Shown here: piece by piece, positions 11,822 to 22,314 of the stretch
Layout: the number at the start of each line of letters is the position of its first letter
Position numbering within the stretch: the first letter of the stretch is position 1
DNA from: Nitrospirota bacterium
Lineage (GTDB): Bacteria > Nitrospirota > UBA9217
Reading direction: 5' to 3'
Length of the DNA: 64,000 bases
Assembly (NCBI GenBank): GCA_963749655.1
Contig: CAVVOB010000039.1
Location: 33,085 to 97,084, forward strand
Program-made: the position numbers and the translations under genes
Notes under the pieces: model-generated
What the model saw: the letters and a program-made list of their open reading frames with translations, nothing else
Told to the model about the DNA's origin: nothing
Databases searched by the model: none

Positions 11822-12969
11822 TCAAGCCATTCTCCGGACCCTCAAGACTCTTCCTGCAGCAACGGCAAGAACCGCTGCTGTGCAGCTCAGCATGGCGCCC
11901 ATCTTGGCCGCGCCCTGGTGCAGAGGGTCGATGAACGCCACGCCGGAGACGAAGAGCGCGACCGTGAAACCGAAGCCGGCGATGATGCCTGCCACAAGCA
12001 GTTCCGTCTTCCGCATGGACCCCGGCAGAGGGAAACCAAGCGTAACGGCAAGCGACCCGAGAAGAAATATCCCTCCGGTCTTCCCGACAAGCAGGGCGGC
12101 AAGCACCAGCCACGTCGCCGTCCCCATGCTGGAGAATTCCACGCCTGCATTCGCGAGACCGAACAGCAACAGGCCGAAGTCCACAATAATTTTCCAATCG
12201 TGTTCGAATTGCGCGATCGCGGACATGTCTAACCTGTCTTCCTCGAAGAGGTGCTTCTTTTCATACTTCGCAGCGGGCAGGAACGGAATAATAAAGACCA
12301 GCGCTAGCGCCGGATGGAGATGAGCAAAATGAAGACCGGACCAGGACAAGACTCCACCCGCAAGCACCGCAGGCCAGTATGATCGTACGCCCCGCTTCCT
12401 GAACAGGGATGCCGAGGCCATCCCGGCCGCAGTCAATAGGAGCCACAGGGGCTGGACCGGGAACCGGGGGTCAGGATAAAAAATGGCGATGATGGCCAGC
12501 CCGATCCCGTCGTCGGCCACGGCAAGGAGCAGGAGGAAAGCGACCGCTGGATGATTTGCCCCGAAGATCATGCGCGCCACGAGCCAGGCAAAGGCGATGT
12601 CCGTTGCTGTCGGCACCCCCCACCCCTGGCAAGTTCAGGAGCGCCGATGACGCGGTTGAGGGCAAGATAGACGACGGCAGGGCCGATCACGCCGCCAAGG
12701 GTGGCGAGCAGCGGATTGACGGACTTCCTGACCGGATAGAGGTCCCCTCCGGGCATGAAACTCTGGGTGATCTCGACCGCTGCGATCCCGAAGAAGAACA
12801 CCATGAAGATGTCGTTGGTCAGAAAGTGAAAGCTGAGCGGACCCCAAAAAGTATGATGGAGAAAACGGCCGTAGCTTTCCGGCGACGCGTTTGCCCAGAC
12901 CAGCGCCGCGATGACTCCGCAGAGGAGCGGAACGGAAAATTCCCGGAGCAGATTCAGTCGTTCTTTCAA
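11822..12969 (-). CDS. nhaA: Na+/H+ antiporter NhaA (frameshift in C-run near 12620)
   Basis: NDIFMVFFFGIAAVEI, PTATDIAFAWL, LLLLAVADDG and FGLANAG. Confidence 0.9.
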
Positions 12970-13009
12970 AAGCAGGCCCCTTCATAACGGGTATCGGACA
13001 ACTGCAGCC

Positions 13010-13038
13010 ATGCTAACAACGGCCGTCTGCGATGTCAA
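13010..13038 (-). promoter_or_regulatory. Sigma70-like promoter of nhaA
   Basis: Minus strand reads TTGACA-17 nt-TAGCAT with an extended TG. Confidence 0.55.
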
Positions 13039-13040
13039 AC

Positions 13041-13068
13041 AAAAAAGGGCGGCCGCTGGGCCGCCCTT
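13041..13068 (-). terminator. Rho-independent terminator after the TauE/DUF1634 pair
   Basis: AAGGGCGGCC-loop-GGCCGCCCTT stem followed by a U-tract on the minus strand. Confidence 0.75.
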
Positions 13069-13104
13069 CAAAACTTTTCCGTAGCCGCACAATGCCGGTT
13101 CGGA

Positions 13105-13521
13105 TTAATGCCCGCTTTTCAAGATGCCGCTTGCCGCAAGCGCGAGTACCAGCACTTCGGCAATGGCGATGATGAGGTAGGCAGTCATTTTTTTTCTGGC
13201 CAGGATCGGGATGATCACGGCATAGCACAGGATCGTAAGACCCGACAGGATCGCGATGCCGACGAAATTCAGATAGTCGCCCTTTCCCACCAGCGCCGTC
13301 CAGTTCCAGCCCGTGGGCGCGTTCAGAGCAACGTTGAAATCATGGACGCGCATGGTCCAGTATTTCGGCAGATCATTGATCGGCACATGACTCGGGAGGA
13401 CACCCGAGATGTACACAAAAAAGGTGATGATGAGCAGGGCAAGTCCGAACCACATCCCGATATTGAGGACCTTTGCGTAGGCTATTTGTTCTTCCGATGC
13501 CTTGGTTCTTTCATTCGTCAT
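13105..13521 (-). CDS. Small membrane protein (DUF1634-like), partner of TauE
   Basis: Three hydrophobic helices and a PTGWNW..GDYLN motif; sits directly after the TauE gene. Confidence 0.7.
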   Translation of the reverse strand: MTNERTKASEEQIAYAKVLNIGMWFGLALLIITFFVYISGVLPSHVPINDLPKYWTMRVHDFNVALNAPTGWNWTALVGKGDYLNFVGIAILSGLTILCYAVIIPILARKKMTAYLIIAIAEVLVLALAASGILKSGH

Positions 13522-13533
13522 TTTTCATTCCTC

Positions 13534-14556
13534 CTATGGCCAGATTCCCAGTCCCTTGAGCAGGGACCTGAGTCCTGCAAAGAGCAGGAGCACGATAACC
13601 ATCCACTTGATCGCTTTCGGCTTGGCCTTGGCGAGGATCTTCACCCCGATAATGGAACCGAACATGATGCCGACCAGGGATGGAACGACGATCATCGGGA
13701 GCACGGCCCCCTGATTGATGTAGACCCAGGCTGCGGAGGTGTCGGTTATCGAGAGCAGGAACTTGCTGGTGGCCACTGAAATTTTAAGGGGAGCCCCCAT
13801 CATCAGGTTGAGAACGGGGACGTTCGCCCATCCGGCGCCGAGACCGAACATGCCTGCCATGACGCCGATCACGATGAACAGGGCCAGCCCCAGGGGCGTC
13901 TTATGGACCGTCCACTCCACGTCCTTGCCGAGGGATTCCTCCCGGTAGATGCCCATGATCCCCAGGCTCTGCGCCAGATTGTCCGGCTTGGGTACGATCG
14001 GAAAATCGGACTTCTTGGCAGTTGCCATGATGATGACAATGAAAAGGATCGTCGCGCCGAGGAGGGTGTTCACGACATTGGGCTTGAGCGCGAGACCGAT
14101 CATGGCGCCCACAATGGCAGCCGCCGAAGCGATGAGCGCGACGGGAATCGCCAGCCTCAGGCTGGCCAGGTTCCGCTTCAGCAGGCCGGGACCAGCGGCA
14201 AGCGCTCCGGCGAGGGCGACGAGCAGACCGGCGCCGCGGACAAAATCGATATTGAAGGGGAAAAAGCCGCCCACGATCGGGACGAACAATACGCCTCCTC
14301 CCACGCCGCCGAGCACTGCCAGGATTCCAAGTATGAACGTAGTGATGAACAGCGCCAGCGGCCAGATCCACCAGGGTGTGGTAGACACAGGCGCAGCAGG
14401 AGCCGGCGCGGGCGCTGCAGCTGGGGCCCCGCCGTGGCCTGCCGCGGTTGCCGCTGCTGCCGCAGGCGCCGCGTCCTGCGACGCGAATGCAGCACCGGCC
14501 GCAACGAGCGCGATGAATAGAAGCAGGAGAACAATCTTACTGTTTCGAGCTAGCAT
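13534..14556 (-). CDS. Sulfite exporter TauE/SafE family permease
   Basis: Duplicated Gly motifs GGVGGGVLFVP and GMFGLGAGWANVP, plus ATSKF. Confidence 0.88.
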   Translation of the reverse strand: MLARNSKIVLLLLFIALVAAGAAFASQDAAPAAAAATAAGHGGAPAAAPAPAPAAPVSTTPWWIWPLALFITTFILGILAVLGGVGGGVLFVPIVGGFFPFNIDFVRGAGLLVALAGALAAGPGLLKRNLASLRLAIPVALIASAAAIVGAMIGLALKPNVVNTLLGATILFIVIIMATAKKSDFPIVPKPDNLAQSLGIMGIYREESLGKDVEWTVHKTPLGLALFIVIGVMAGMFGLGAGWANVPVLNLMMGAPLKISVATSKFLLSITDTSAAWVYINQGAVLPMIVVPSLVGIMFGSIIGVKILAKAKPKAIKWMVIVLLLFAGLRSLLKGLGIWP

Positions 14557-14916
14557 TTCTTATTATTTCCTCCCTTTGGGCTATTTAAATGATGTTTTTT
14601 AATTCAACAGGCCTGTTATTTTGGATGAACTATTGCGTATTGCAAATGCCCAGTTACATTTTGCACGGCTGGTTATGTTATTATAATGACAGAGAAGTTG
14701 TCAAGAAAAATGTGCTTCATTGTGGTTGAATTATCATAAATTCATTAACTCATGTTATAAGAAACACTTATGAACAAGGTGAGGTTTCCCGATGAGGCGG
14801 GGGCATGTCGGACGCCCGGTAACTCCTCGATCGACCTTAATTGTCATCAGGGAAACGAAGACAGGAGTCGACGGAGAAGGATACGACAGGCAAAGCCCCA
14901 GCCACTGATCGACCTC

Positions 14917-17900
14917 TCAGAGCGCGCCCAGCCACGCCGTGAAGATCGATCTGACCTGCCTGCTCAACGACTCATAATCGGCAAGAAGCTTTTGTCCTGC
15001 AGGAGAGCCGTCATTCGAGTAGCCCATGCGGCGGGCAAGCTGATTCAGTTTTTCCGGGTCCCTCGCAAGAAGGCTCGTCGACTGGTTCGAAACGACCCGC
15101 ATCCTGCTCTCGAGTCTTCGCAGGAAGAGGTACGCGCGCCTCAAAAGCCCGTAAGCCTCGTTGTCGATCAGTTTCAGCTTCAGAGCTGCCCTCAGCGCAT
15201 TGAACGTGCCCGGGACCCTCATGCTGACGTGGCGTTTGCCGTGGAGAAGCTGAAGATACTGGACCAGGAACTCGATGTCCACAAGCCCGCCTGCGCCCTG
15301 CTTGATGTTGTAGCAGACCGCGCTCTCGTGTCCGGTTTCCTCTTCCATCCGTCTGCGCATGACCCGAATGTCCGCAGCAAGCCTGCTCCCGTCAGCGTCC
15401 TTGTAGATCAGGCTCTGAATAGCGCTGCAGAATTCCATTCCCACCGCGCGGTCCCCGGCCACGAACCGGGCGCGCAGCAGAGATTGAAGCTCCCAGGTCT
15501 CGGCCTGCGACGCATAATATCCCCTGAATGCATCTATGCTCTGCGCCAGAGGCCCCTTGGATCCCGTCGGTCTGAGCCGGGTGTCGATCCGGAAAACGAA
15601 CCCCTCGCGCGTGAGCGTAGAAAGGTAGGATATGGTTTTTTCGGCAACTTTACTGAAGAATTCAAAAACGCTCACGCCGGAGGGAAATGCGGCAGCCCGT
15701 GCTTCCGAATACACGAAGAGAATGTCGAGATCGGAGCCGTAAACGAGCTCTCTTCCGCCCAGTTTGCCGACGCCGATGATTGCCAGACCGTCAAAGGATC
15801 CTTCGATGCCGAGCCGTTTTCCGATTTCCGTCGCTGCCATGCGGAGAGCGGACGCCAGAGCATGCCTCGGCCAGTTTGGACAGCTCACGGGAAACGGCCA
15901 TCTGACCGGCGCCGCTCAAAAGATCCGCCATCCCGATCCGGATCTCCTCCTGGTGTTTGAAGCGCCGGAGGACGTCGAGCTTTTCCGCGAGGTCCGCCCC
16001 ATGGGACAGCGATTCCGCGAGCTCGTTGACAAGCCGTACAGAGGTTCCGGTCCCGTATGCCTTGCGGGACTCGATCATGTTCTGGAGGAAGATCGGCCTG
16101 CTCACGAGCAGGCGGGAAAGATACTCGCTGTTGGCGAAGACCGCGATCAGGACCTTCCCGGCCGACGGGTCGATCTTCGCCAGTGACTGAAAGGCCTCCC
16201 ACGAGTCCTGGGCCGCGAGAAACGATTCGAGATGATTGAGCGCCATGTCGGGGTCCGGAGAGGAAACGATATCGCTGAAAAGCGGGGAGAACAATTCGCC
16301 GAATAACTTGCGGCTCCGAGGGGTCTGATGGACGAATGCGGGGCCCTCCTGAAGCAGCGCCAGGTTCCGATAAGCCTTACCGGGATCGCGAAATCCGAAC
16401 GCTGCGAGCAGGGCAACAGCCTCCTGCTCGGTTGTCTCCGCATCAAGGAGACGTCCGTAATCTCCTTCACGCTCGGGCTCACCGGACCCTTCTCCGGTAA
16501 AGGCGAACAACTCGTCATAGATATCCCTCACCTGACGGGCATGGTTTGCGTAGTCCCGGAGCAGCAGCTCCGCCTCCCGGCGCGGTTCGATATATCCCAT
16601 GCTTCTGGCGAGGGCGCGCAGGGCAGGCTCGTCCGCAGGCATGGTCTGGGTCTGGAGGTCATCCACGATCTGGATGCGGTGCTCCACGGTGCGGAGGAAT
16701 ACGTAAGCCTTCGCCAGCGCGGACTGTTCCTGGTAGGTGATCAGGCCCTTCTGGGAAAGCCGGTGGAGGGCCTTGAGCGCCGTCCTCTCGCGCAGCGAAC
16801 GGTCCCGCCCGCCGTAGATGAGCTGAAGCGCCTGGATCACGAACTCGACCTCGCGGATGCCGCCGTACCCGAGCTTGACGTCCCGATGGGTCCTCCCCTT
16901 CTGCTCCACATCGCGGTTGATCTTCTGTTTCATCTCGCCGATCTCGGCGATGGCGCCGTAGTCCAGGTAGCGCCGGTATACGAAAGGAGTTATCCGCTCC
17001 AGGAACTCCCGACCCGTCTCCTCATCCCCGGCAACGGGCCTGGCCTTGATAAGAGCCGACCGCTCCCACGTCTGACCCCAGGACTCGTAGTAGATCTCGT
17101 ACCCGCCGAGGCTCTGGGCAAGCGGCCCCCGCTGCCCCTCGGGGCGCAATCGCAGGTCGACTCGGAACACGAAGCCGTCCTCGGTCTTTTCTCCGATCAG
17201 GGAGCTCAGCTTTTCCGCAAGTTTGATGAAGTACTGGTGATTGGTGACGCGGTTCATCACTGTCCCGTCGGGCTGGGGAACGCCTTCCGTTTCCCCGTCT
17301 GCCGTGTATACGAACATGAGGTCCACGTCGGAGCTGAAGTTGAGCTCCCGCCCCCCCAGCTTACCCATGGCAATCACCGCGAATCCCGCCGGCGACTGGT
17401 CGCCGTCGGAGCGCCGCAGCTGAGGTCGTCCATACCTGCTCCGGAGCCCTTCGTCGGCCCGTTCAAAGGCCCGCTGCAGGCAAACCTCGGCAAGATCGGA
17501 CAGTTCCTCCACTACCTCCTGAAAGGTCGCGCCGAGAAGATCTCTCAGCCCGATCCTGAACAGTTCCTGTTTCCGGAACAGCCGCAAAATCCGGTATAAG
17601 GCCTTGTCGCCTGTCTCGTCCGCGGTCATGAACGCGAGGCGGCGGGACAGGGCCGCCTTGTCCACGGGCTTTGTCAGGAAATCAAACTCCGAAAACCATG
17701 CCAGACCGTCATCGGCATGAGTAATGAGAAAGGTCGACAGGAAACGGCTCGCGCCGAAGATCGTGAGAAGCTGTCGAAGGGTGTCCGGCTTCGAGCGGCA
17801 GAGGGAAACAAATCCGGGCCTCCGGGCAATCGCTCCCAGAAACCGCTCAAGGTTGTTCAGCGCCATGTCGGGATCGGCGGAACGGGAAAGGGAGGCCGAG

Positions 17901-18043
17901 AGGGCCGGAAAGAGCGCTGAAAAATCGTCAGGACCCAGGGAGGAGGCAATCAGCTCCAGGTTCCGTTTCGCCTGTGCAGCGTCGAGAACGCACAATTTCT
18001 GCAATTGCTCTTCTGAGAGCGTTATCTGATTGTCAAATGGCAT
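14917..18043 (-). CDS. glnE: Glutamine synthetase adenylyltransferase (frameshift near 15860)
   Basis: Two nucleotidyltransferase domains: MGKLGGRELNFSSDVDL..VDLRLRPEG and GKLGGRELVYGSDLD..IDTRLRPTG. Confidence 0.93.
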
Positions 18044-18232
18044 TTTTTCCATTATACTGATAAACAGAGACGCGTACAAGGGCAATGCATGGGCATGGAT
18101 TCTCCTGAAGCCGCGGCACCGGTAATCGAGCGGCCTTATACGCGACCCGGCTTTGTGATTCTTATCTTTTGGATATAACGCGAAGTACAATGGATTTGAC
18201 GACCACTCCAACGGAGCACCCGGCCGCCTGCA

Positions 18233-18640
18233 ATGCCTATGAAGGAACTCCAGGACAACCAGCTCTGTTATGTGTGCGGCAAAAATAACCCTCTCGGCCT
18301 TGCCGTCGATTTCGTGATTGACCGGGATCATCGTTCCATCAGCGCTGCGTTCACACCCTCGGACTTTCATCAAGGCTATGCGGGGATCGTCCACGGGGGA
18401 ATCCTGTCTTCCCTCCTCGACGAGGCCATGGCCAAGCTTGCCTTCAGCCTGGGGCTCTCCGTTGTGACCGCAGAGCTCATCGTCAAATTCAAGGCTCCGG
18501 CCTCGCCCCGTGACACATTGACCGTATCGGGCAGACTTACGGAAGAGACGAACAGGCTTATCCAGGCCGAGGCAAAGATCGAACGGGGCCTTGTGGTGAT
18601 CGCCGAAGCAACGGGAAAACTGCTGAGAATCAGTTCATAG
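18233..18640 (+). CDS. PaaI-family hotdog-fold thioesterase
   Basis: CYVCGKNNPLGL and HQGYAGIVHGGILSSLLDEAM. Confidence 0.88.
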   Translation: MPMKELQDNQLCYVCGKNNPLGLAVDFVIDRDHRSISAAFTPSDFHQGYAGIVHGGILSSLLDEAMAKLAFSLGLSVVTAELIVKFKAPASPRDTLTVSGRLTEETNRLIQAEAKIERGLVVIAEATGKLLRISS

Positions 18641-18722
18641 CCCGCAATTCATCGTGAGCGACGGGATTGCAGCGAACCGGCTCTTCAGCCGCGCAGAATT
18701 TTAAACACCCTATCTTAAAACT

Positions 18723-20867
18723 ATGACCTACACTAATAAACAAATCGTTGAACTGATCAAAGGAAGGCTCGGCAGGCCCATGCTCGTCCGCGAAATCATG
18801 CGCCAGCTGCGTCTCAAGGCTGATGACCGGCGCGGGCTCAAACAGGTCCTTAACGAACTGGTGCTCTCCGGCGACATCATAAAAACACGCGGGAACCGAT
18901 ACGGGCTGCCTGAAAAAATGGCGCTCGAAACCGGGATCTTCCAGGCCCATCCCCAGGGATACGGATTCGTCATCCCCGAGAAAAAAGGGAAAAGCGACAT
19001 CTACATCTCCGCCCGGAGCCGGATCGACGCCATGGACGGAGACAAGGTCGTGGCCCGGGTCACCCCGCCGGTGGGCAAAAAGAAGGTCACCGGCAAACGG
19101 GAAGGTATGATCGTCCGCGTCCTCGAGCGCGCCCACACCAGGGTCGTCGGCACCTATGCACTGCCTGATCCCAAAACGGGGGGATACGGCTTCGTCGAAC
19201 CCTTTGACGCCAAGCTCACGCAGGACCTCGTCGTGAGCCGGGAGCATGCGGGCGGCGCCAGCGCCGGAGACATCGTGTCGGCCGAGATCCTTTCCTATCC
19301 CATGCACGGCAGGCCGCCCGAGGGCAGGATCATCAAGGTCATCGGCAAACCGGGGCAGCCGGGCATTGATTCGGACCTCATCATCGAGCAGTACGAGCTG
19401 CCCGTCGAATTCACCCCTGAAGCGCTCCGTGAGGCCGATGCGATTCCCCAGCAGGTTTCTCCGGCCATGCGAAGGAACAGACGCGATCTCCGGGACCTCG
19501 ACACGGTCACGATCGACGGAGAAAAAGCGCGCGATTTCGACGATGCAATCTCGATCGAAAAGATCAAGACGGGGTACCGGCTCTGGGTCCACATTGCCGA
19601 CGTGGCTCAGTACGTCAAGGAAGGGACCCTGCTTGATGAGGATGCATACCAGCGCGGAACGAGCGTGTACCTGCCGGACCGGGTCATCCCCATGCTGCCC
19701 ATGCCCCTGTCCAACGGGATCTGCAGCCTGAACCCGAACGTCGACCGCCTGACGCTGACGTGCGAGATGGACATATCGCCCGCCGGCAACGTACTCCGGT
19801 ATGACATCTATGAAAGTGTCATCAACAGCAACGAACGCATGACTTACACAGCGGTCAAGGAGATCCTGGTCGATAGACTGTTGTCGCAAAGAAAGCGGTA
19901 CACCGCGCTGCTGGAAAAGTTCGAGCTCATGGCCGAGCTTATGGAGGTCCTGCGCTCCCGGCGCACCAAGAGAGGCAGCATCGACTTCGACCTGCCCGAG
20001 CCCGAGATCGTCCTCGACCTGCAGGGACGCATGACCGACATCATCAGGGCCGAGCGGAACATGGCGCACCAGATCATTGAGGAGTTCATGCTCGCGGCGA
20101 ACGAGACGGTGGCTGCGCACATCGAGGCCAAGGAGGCCCCTTTCATCTACCGCATCCATGAAGAGCCCGACGAGCTGAAGCTGGCGGACCTCGTGGAGTT
20201 TCTCGCCACACTCGGCATTTCGCTTCCAACGGGGAAAAAAATCAAGCCCCGCCACCTCCAGAGCGCCCTTGCCAAGGCAAAAGGCACGCCCGAAGAGACC
20301 CTGATCAACACCGTCCTGCTGCGGACCATGAAACAGGCCCGTTATTCCGAGGAGAACCTCGGCCACTTCGGCCTTGCTGCGGAGACCTATACGCACTTTA
20401 CCTCGCCCATCCGGCGCTTTCCCGATCTCATCGTGCACCGGGTCCTCAAGGCCGACATGAAAGGTGCGCTCCAGAACGCCGCCGTTGTCGAGCGTCTGGC
20501 CGAAAGCCTTCCCAAGGCGGCCCTCCACTGTTCCCAGCGCGAACGGAAGGCCATGGAAGCGGAACGGGACGTAATAACCATGCTGAAACTCCGGTTCATG
20601 GAGGACAAACTCGGCGAGGTATACCCGGGGATCATTACCGGGGTGATCCAGTTCGGATTCTTCGTGCAGCTTAAGGGGCTCTTTGTGGAAGGGCTTGTGC
20701 ACGTCTCAACGCTCACCGATGATTACTACCACTATATCGAGAAGCAGCACTGTCTGCGCGGGGAGCGGAAGAAAAGCGTCTATCGGATAGGAGATGAAGT
20801 GAAGGTGCGCGTGGACCGCGTGGACACGGTCCGGAAGCGGATCGATTTCTCGCTGCCCGAGGCATAG
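18723..20867 (+). CDS. rnr: Ribonuclease R
   Basis: TIDGEKARDFDDA, IEEFMLAAN, YTHFTSPIRRFPDL; CSD and S1 domains. Confidence 0.96.
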   Translation: MTYTNKQIVELIKGRLGRPMLVREIMRQLRLKADDRRGLKQVLNELVLSGDIIKTRGNRYGLPEKMALETGIFQAHPQGYGFVIPEKKGKSDIYISARSRIDAMDGDKVVARVTPPVGKKKVTGKREGMIVRVLERAHTRVVGTYALPDPKTGGYGFVEPFDAKLTQDLVVSREHAGGASAGDIVSAEILSYPMHGRPPEGRIIKVIGKPGQPGIDSDLIIEQYELPVEFTPEALREADAIPQQVSPAMRRNRRDLRDLDTVTIDGEKARDFDDAISIEKIKTGYRLWVHIADVAQYVKEGTLLDEDAYQRGTSVYLPDRVIPMLPMPLSNGICSLNPNVDRLTLTCEMDISPAGNVLRYDIYESVINSNERMTYTAVKEILVDRLLSQRKRYTALLEKFELMAELMEVLRSRRTKRGSIDFDLPEPEIVLDLQGRMTDIIRAERNMAHQIIEEFMLAANETVAAHIEAKEAPFIYRIHEEPDELKLADLVEFLATLGISLPTGKKIKPRHLQSALAKAKGTPEETLINTVLLRTMKQARYSEENLGHFGLAAETYTHFTSPIRRFPDLIVHRVLKADMKGALQNAAVVERLAESLPKAALHCSQRERKAMEAERDVITMLKLRFMEDKLGEVYPGIITGVIQFGFFVQLKGLFVEGLVHVSTLTDDYYHYIEKQHCLRGERKKSVYRIGDEVKVRVDRVDTVRKRIDFSLPEA

Positions 20868-21097
20868 GACGGCGGATTATACGTTTTGCGGCGCGATGAT
20901 TTTGAAAAATGAATTAAAAAACGGGAACAGCGGCGTATCACGCCGCCCGTTCCCGTGGATTCAGGCCGTCTGGCAGCCGGCAGGATATCTTAGATTATAA
21001 ATTGACACTTCAGGCCACAGCGTCTCGCGTGGTCCTCTCCGGTACTCCAACACCCCGATTTACCGAACGCGACATCCCTCGGCAATAAAATCACCTG

Positions 21098-22105
21098 TCA
21101 AAGCTTTATCGTCGTTTCACGGTCCTGGGCAGTCAAGCCGGCGCTGTACTCGACCACTTTCTCCGGGGCGCTGGGATCGTACATCTTGGCATAGGGATCG
21201 GTTTTGAGCAGTTCCAGCGCGCGGTTTACCGAATTCCTGTCCTCGAGACCGATATTCTTCAGGTGAATGCCCTCCCGCGTCACGGTGAAGGACCTGAACG
21301 AACAGGGATAGGACACGATGGCGGGGTCGGCGACATAGGTGATCTTTCCCGCGGTGATCACCCGGGATGCGTGGTGGTGTCCCGAGACCACGAGACGGAC
21401 GTTCGGATATTTTTCCAGGATGCTGCGAACCCTATCATGGTTCTTAACCATCCAGAGCGACCACTCGGGGGTGCTGTCCTTTGGTGTTGTAGGCATGATC
21501 AGCTGATGGGTAAATACGATGATGAGTTTTTTGTTCTTGTTCGCCTTCAGTTCATTTTCCAACCACTTCAGACTTTCGGGACTCGCCTCGCCGTGGGGCT
21601 TGCCGTCGATGGTCACATCCAGACCGATGGCGCGTACTCCCCGGACCGGCTCAACGGACCATGACGAGTTCCCGGGTTTGAGTCCTTTCCCGCTCCAGAC
21701 TTTGAGAAAATCTTCCCGCCCCAGTTTGGACGATCCGCTCACCGGTGAGACTTCGGTATTGCCCAGCAGGATGTAATAGGGCATATTGAGATGGGCCGTC
21801 CATTTTTGGAACACATCCAGGGATTCCTTGTCGTTGGCGCCGTAGTGGACCTGATCGCCGCCAAAAACGACGAAACTGAGTTTGGGAAGCCGGGAAAGCT
21901 GGCGCAGAGCATCGATAAAGAGCGGTACGCTCTTTTCACGATAGAGCCAGGTGCTGTCGCCCTGCACGTCGAGGTGCAGGTCGGTAACATGGGCAAAATT
22001 GAACTTGGGAACGTCCAGAGCCTCGGCAAAAGGGATGAAGAATTCCCCTGCCGCCAGCACGGTACCTGCAGCTGCAACACCCTTAAGGAACTTACGTCTG
22101 TTCAT
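21098..22105 (-). CDS. Tat-exported calcineurin-like metallophosphoesterase
   Basis: MNRRKFLK Tat motif; DLH, GGD, GN, THQ and GHHH motifs. Confidence 0.85.
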   Translation of the reverse strand: MNRRKFLKGVAAAGTVLAAGEFFIPFAEALDVPKFNFAHVTDLHLDVQGDSTWLYREKSVPLFIDALRQLSRLPKLSFVVFGGDQVHYGANDKESLDVFQKWTAHLNMPYYILLGNTEVSPVSGSSKLGREDFLKVWSGKGLKPGNSSWSVEPVRGVRAIGLDVTIDGKPHGEASPESLKWLENELKANKNKKLIIVFTHQLIMPTTPKDSTPEWSLWMVKNHDRVRSILEKYPNVRLVVSGHHHASRVITAGKITYVADPAIVSYPCSFRSFTVTREGIHLKNIGLEDRNSVNRALELLKTDPYAKMYDPSAPEKVVEYSAGLTAQDRETTIKL

Positions 22106-22314
22106 GAGCACCTCGAAGCATCGGATTTTTCAGCAAGGGAAACCGATTCTCCCCCTTTCAAGGGCGGATGATCGGTCCTCTGCAGGACCTGCGAATTTAT
22201 TCTTGCCGTGCGAAATAAAATTGACATATTCCCTGAAGGATGTCAAGGGCAAAAGTGCGTGTGTTGATCGGAAAGCCTGTTGAATTTCGACGATGCCTAT
22301 GCTATGTTACGATC

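Noticed and set aside
12970-13040. nhaA-I/II (Li+) riboswitch upstream of nhaA
   Set aside because: The leader after the promoter is only about 35 nt and lacks the conserved motif.
18630-20702. Long antisense ORFs (690 aa here; also 2183-3682, 16328-17599, 48321-49931)
   Set aside because: Shadow ORFs opposite well-supported genes in GC-rich DNA; no motifs.
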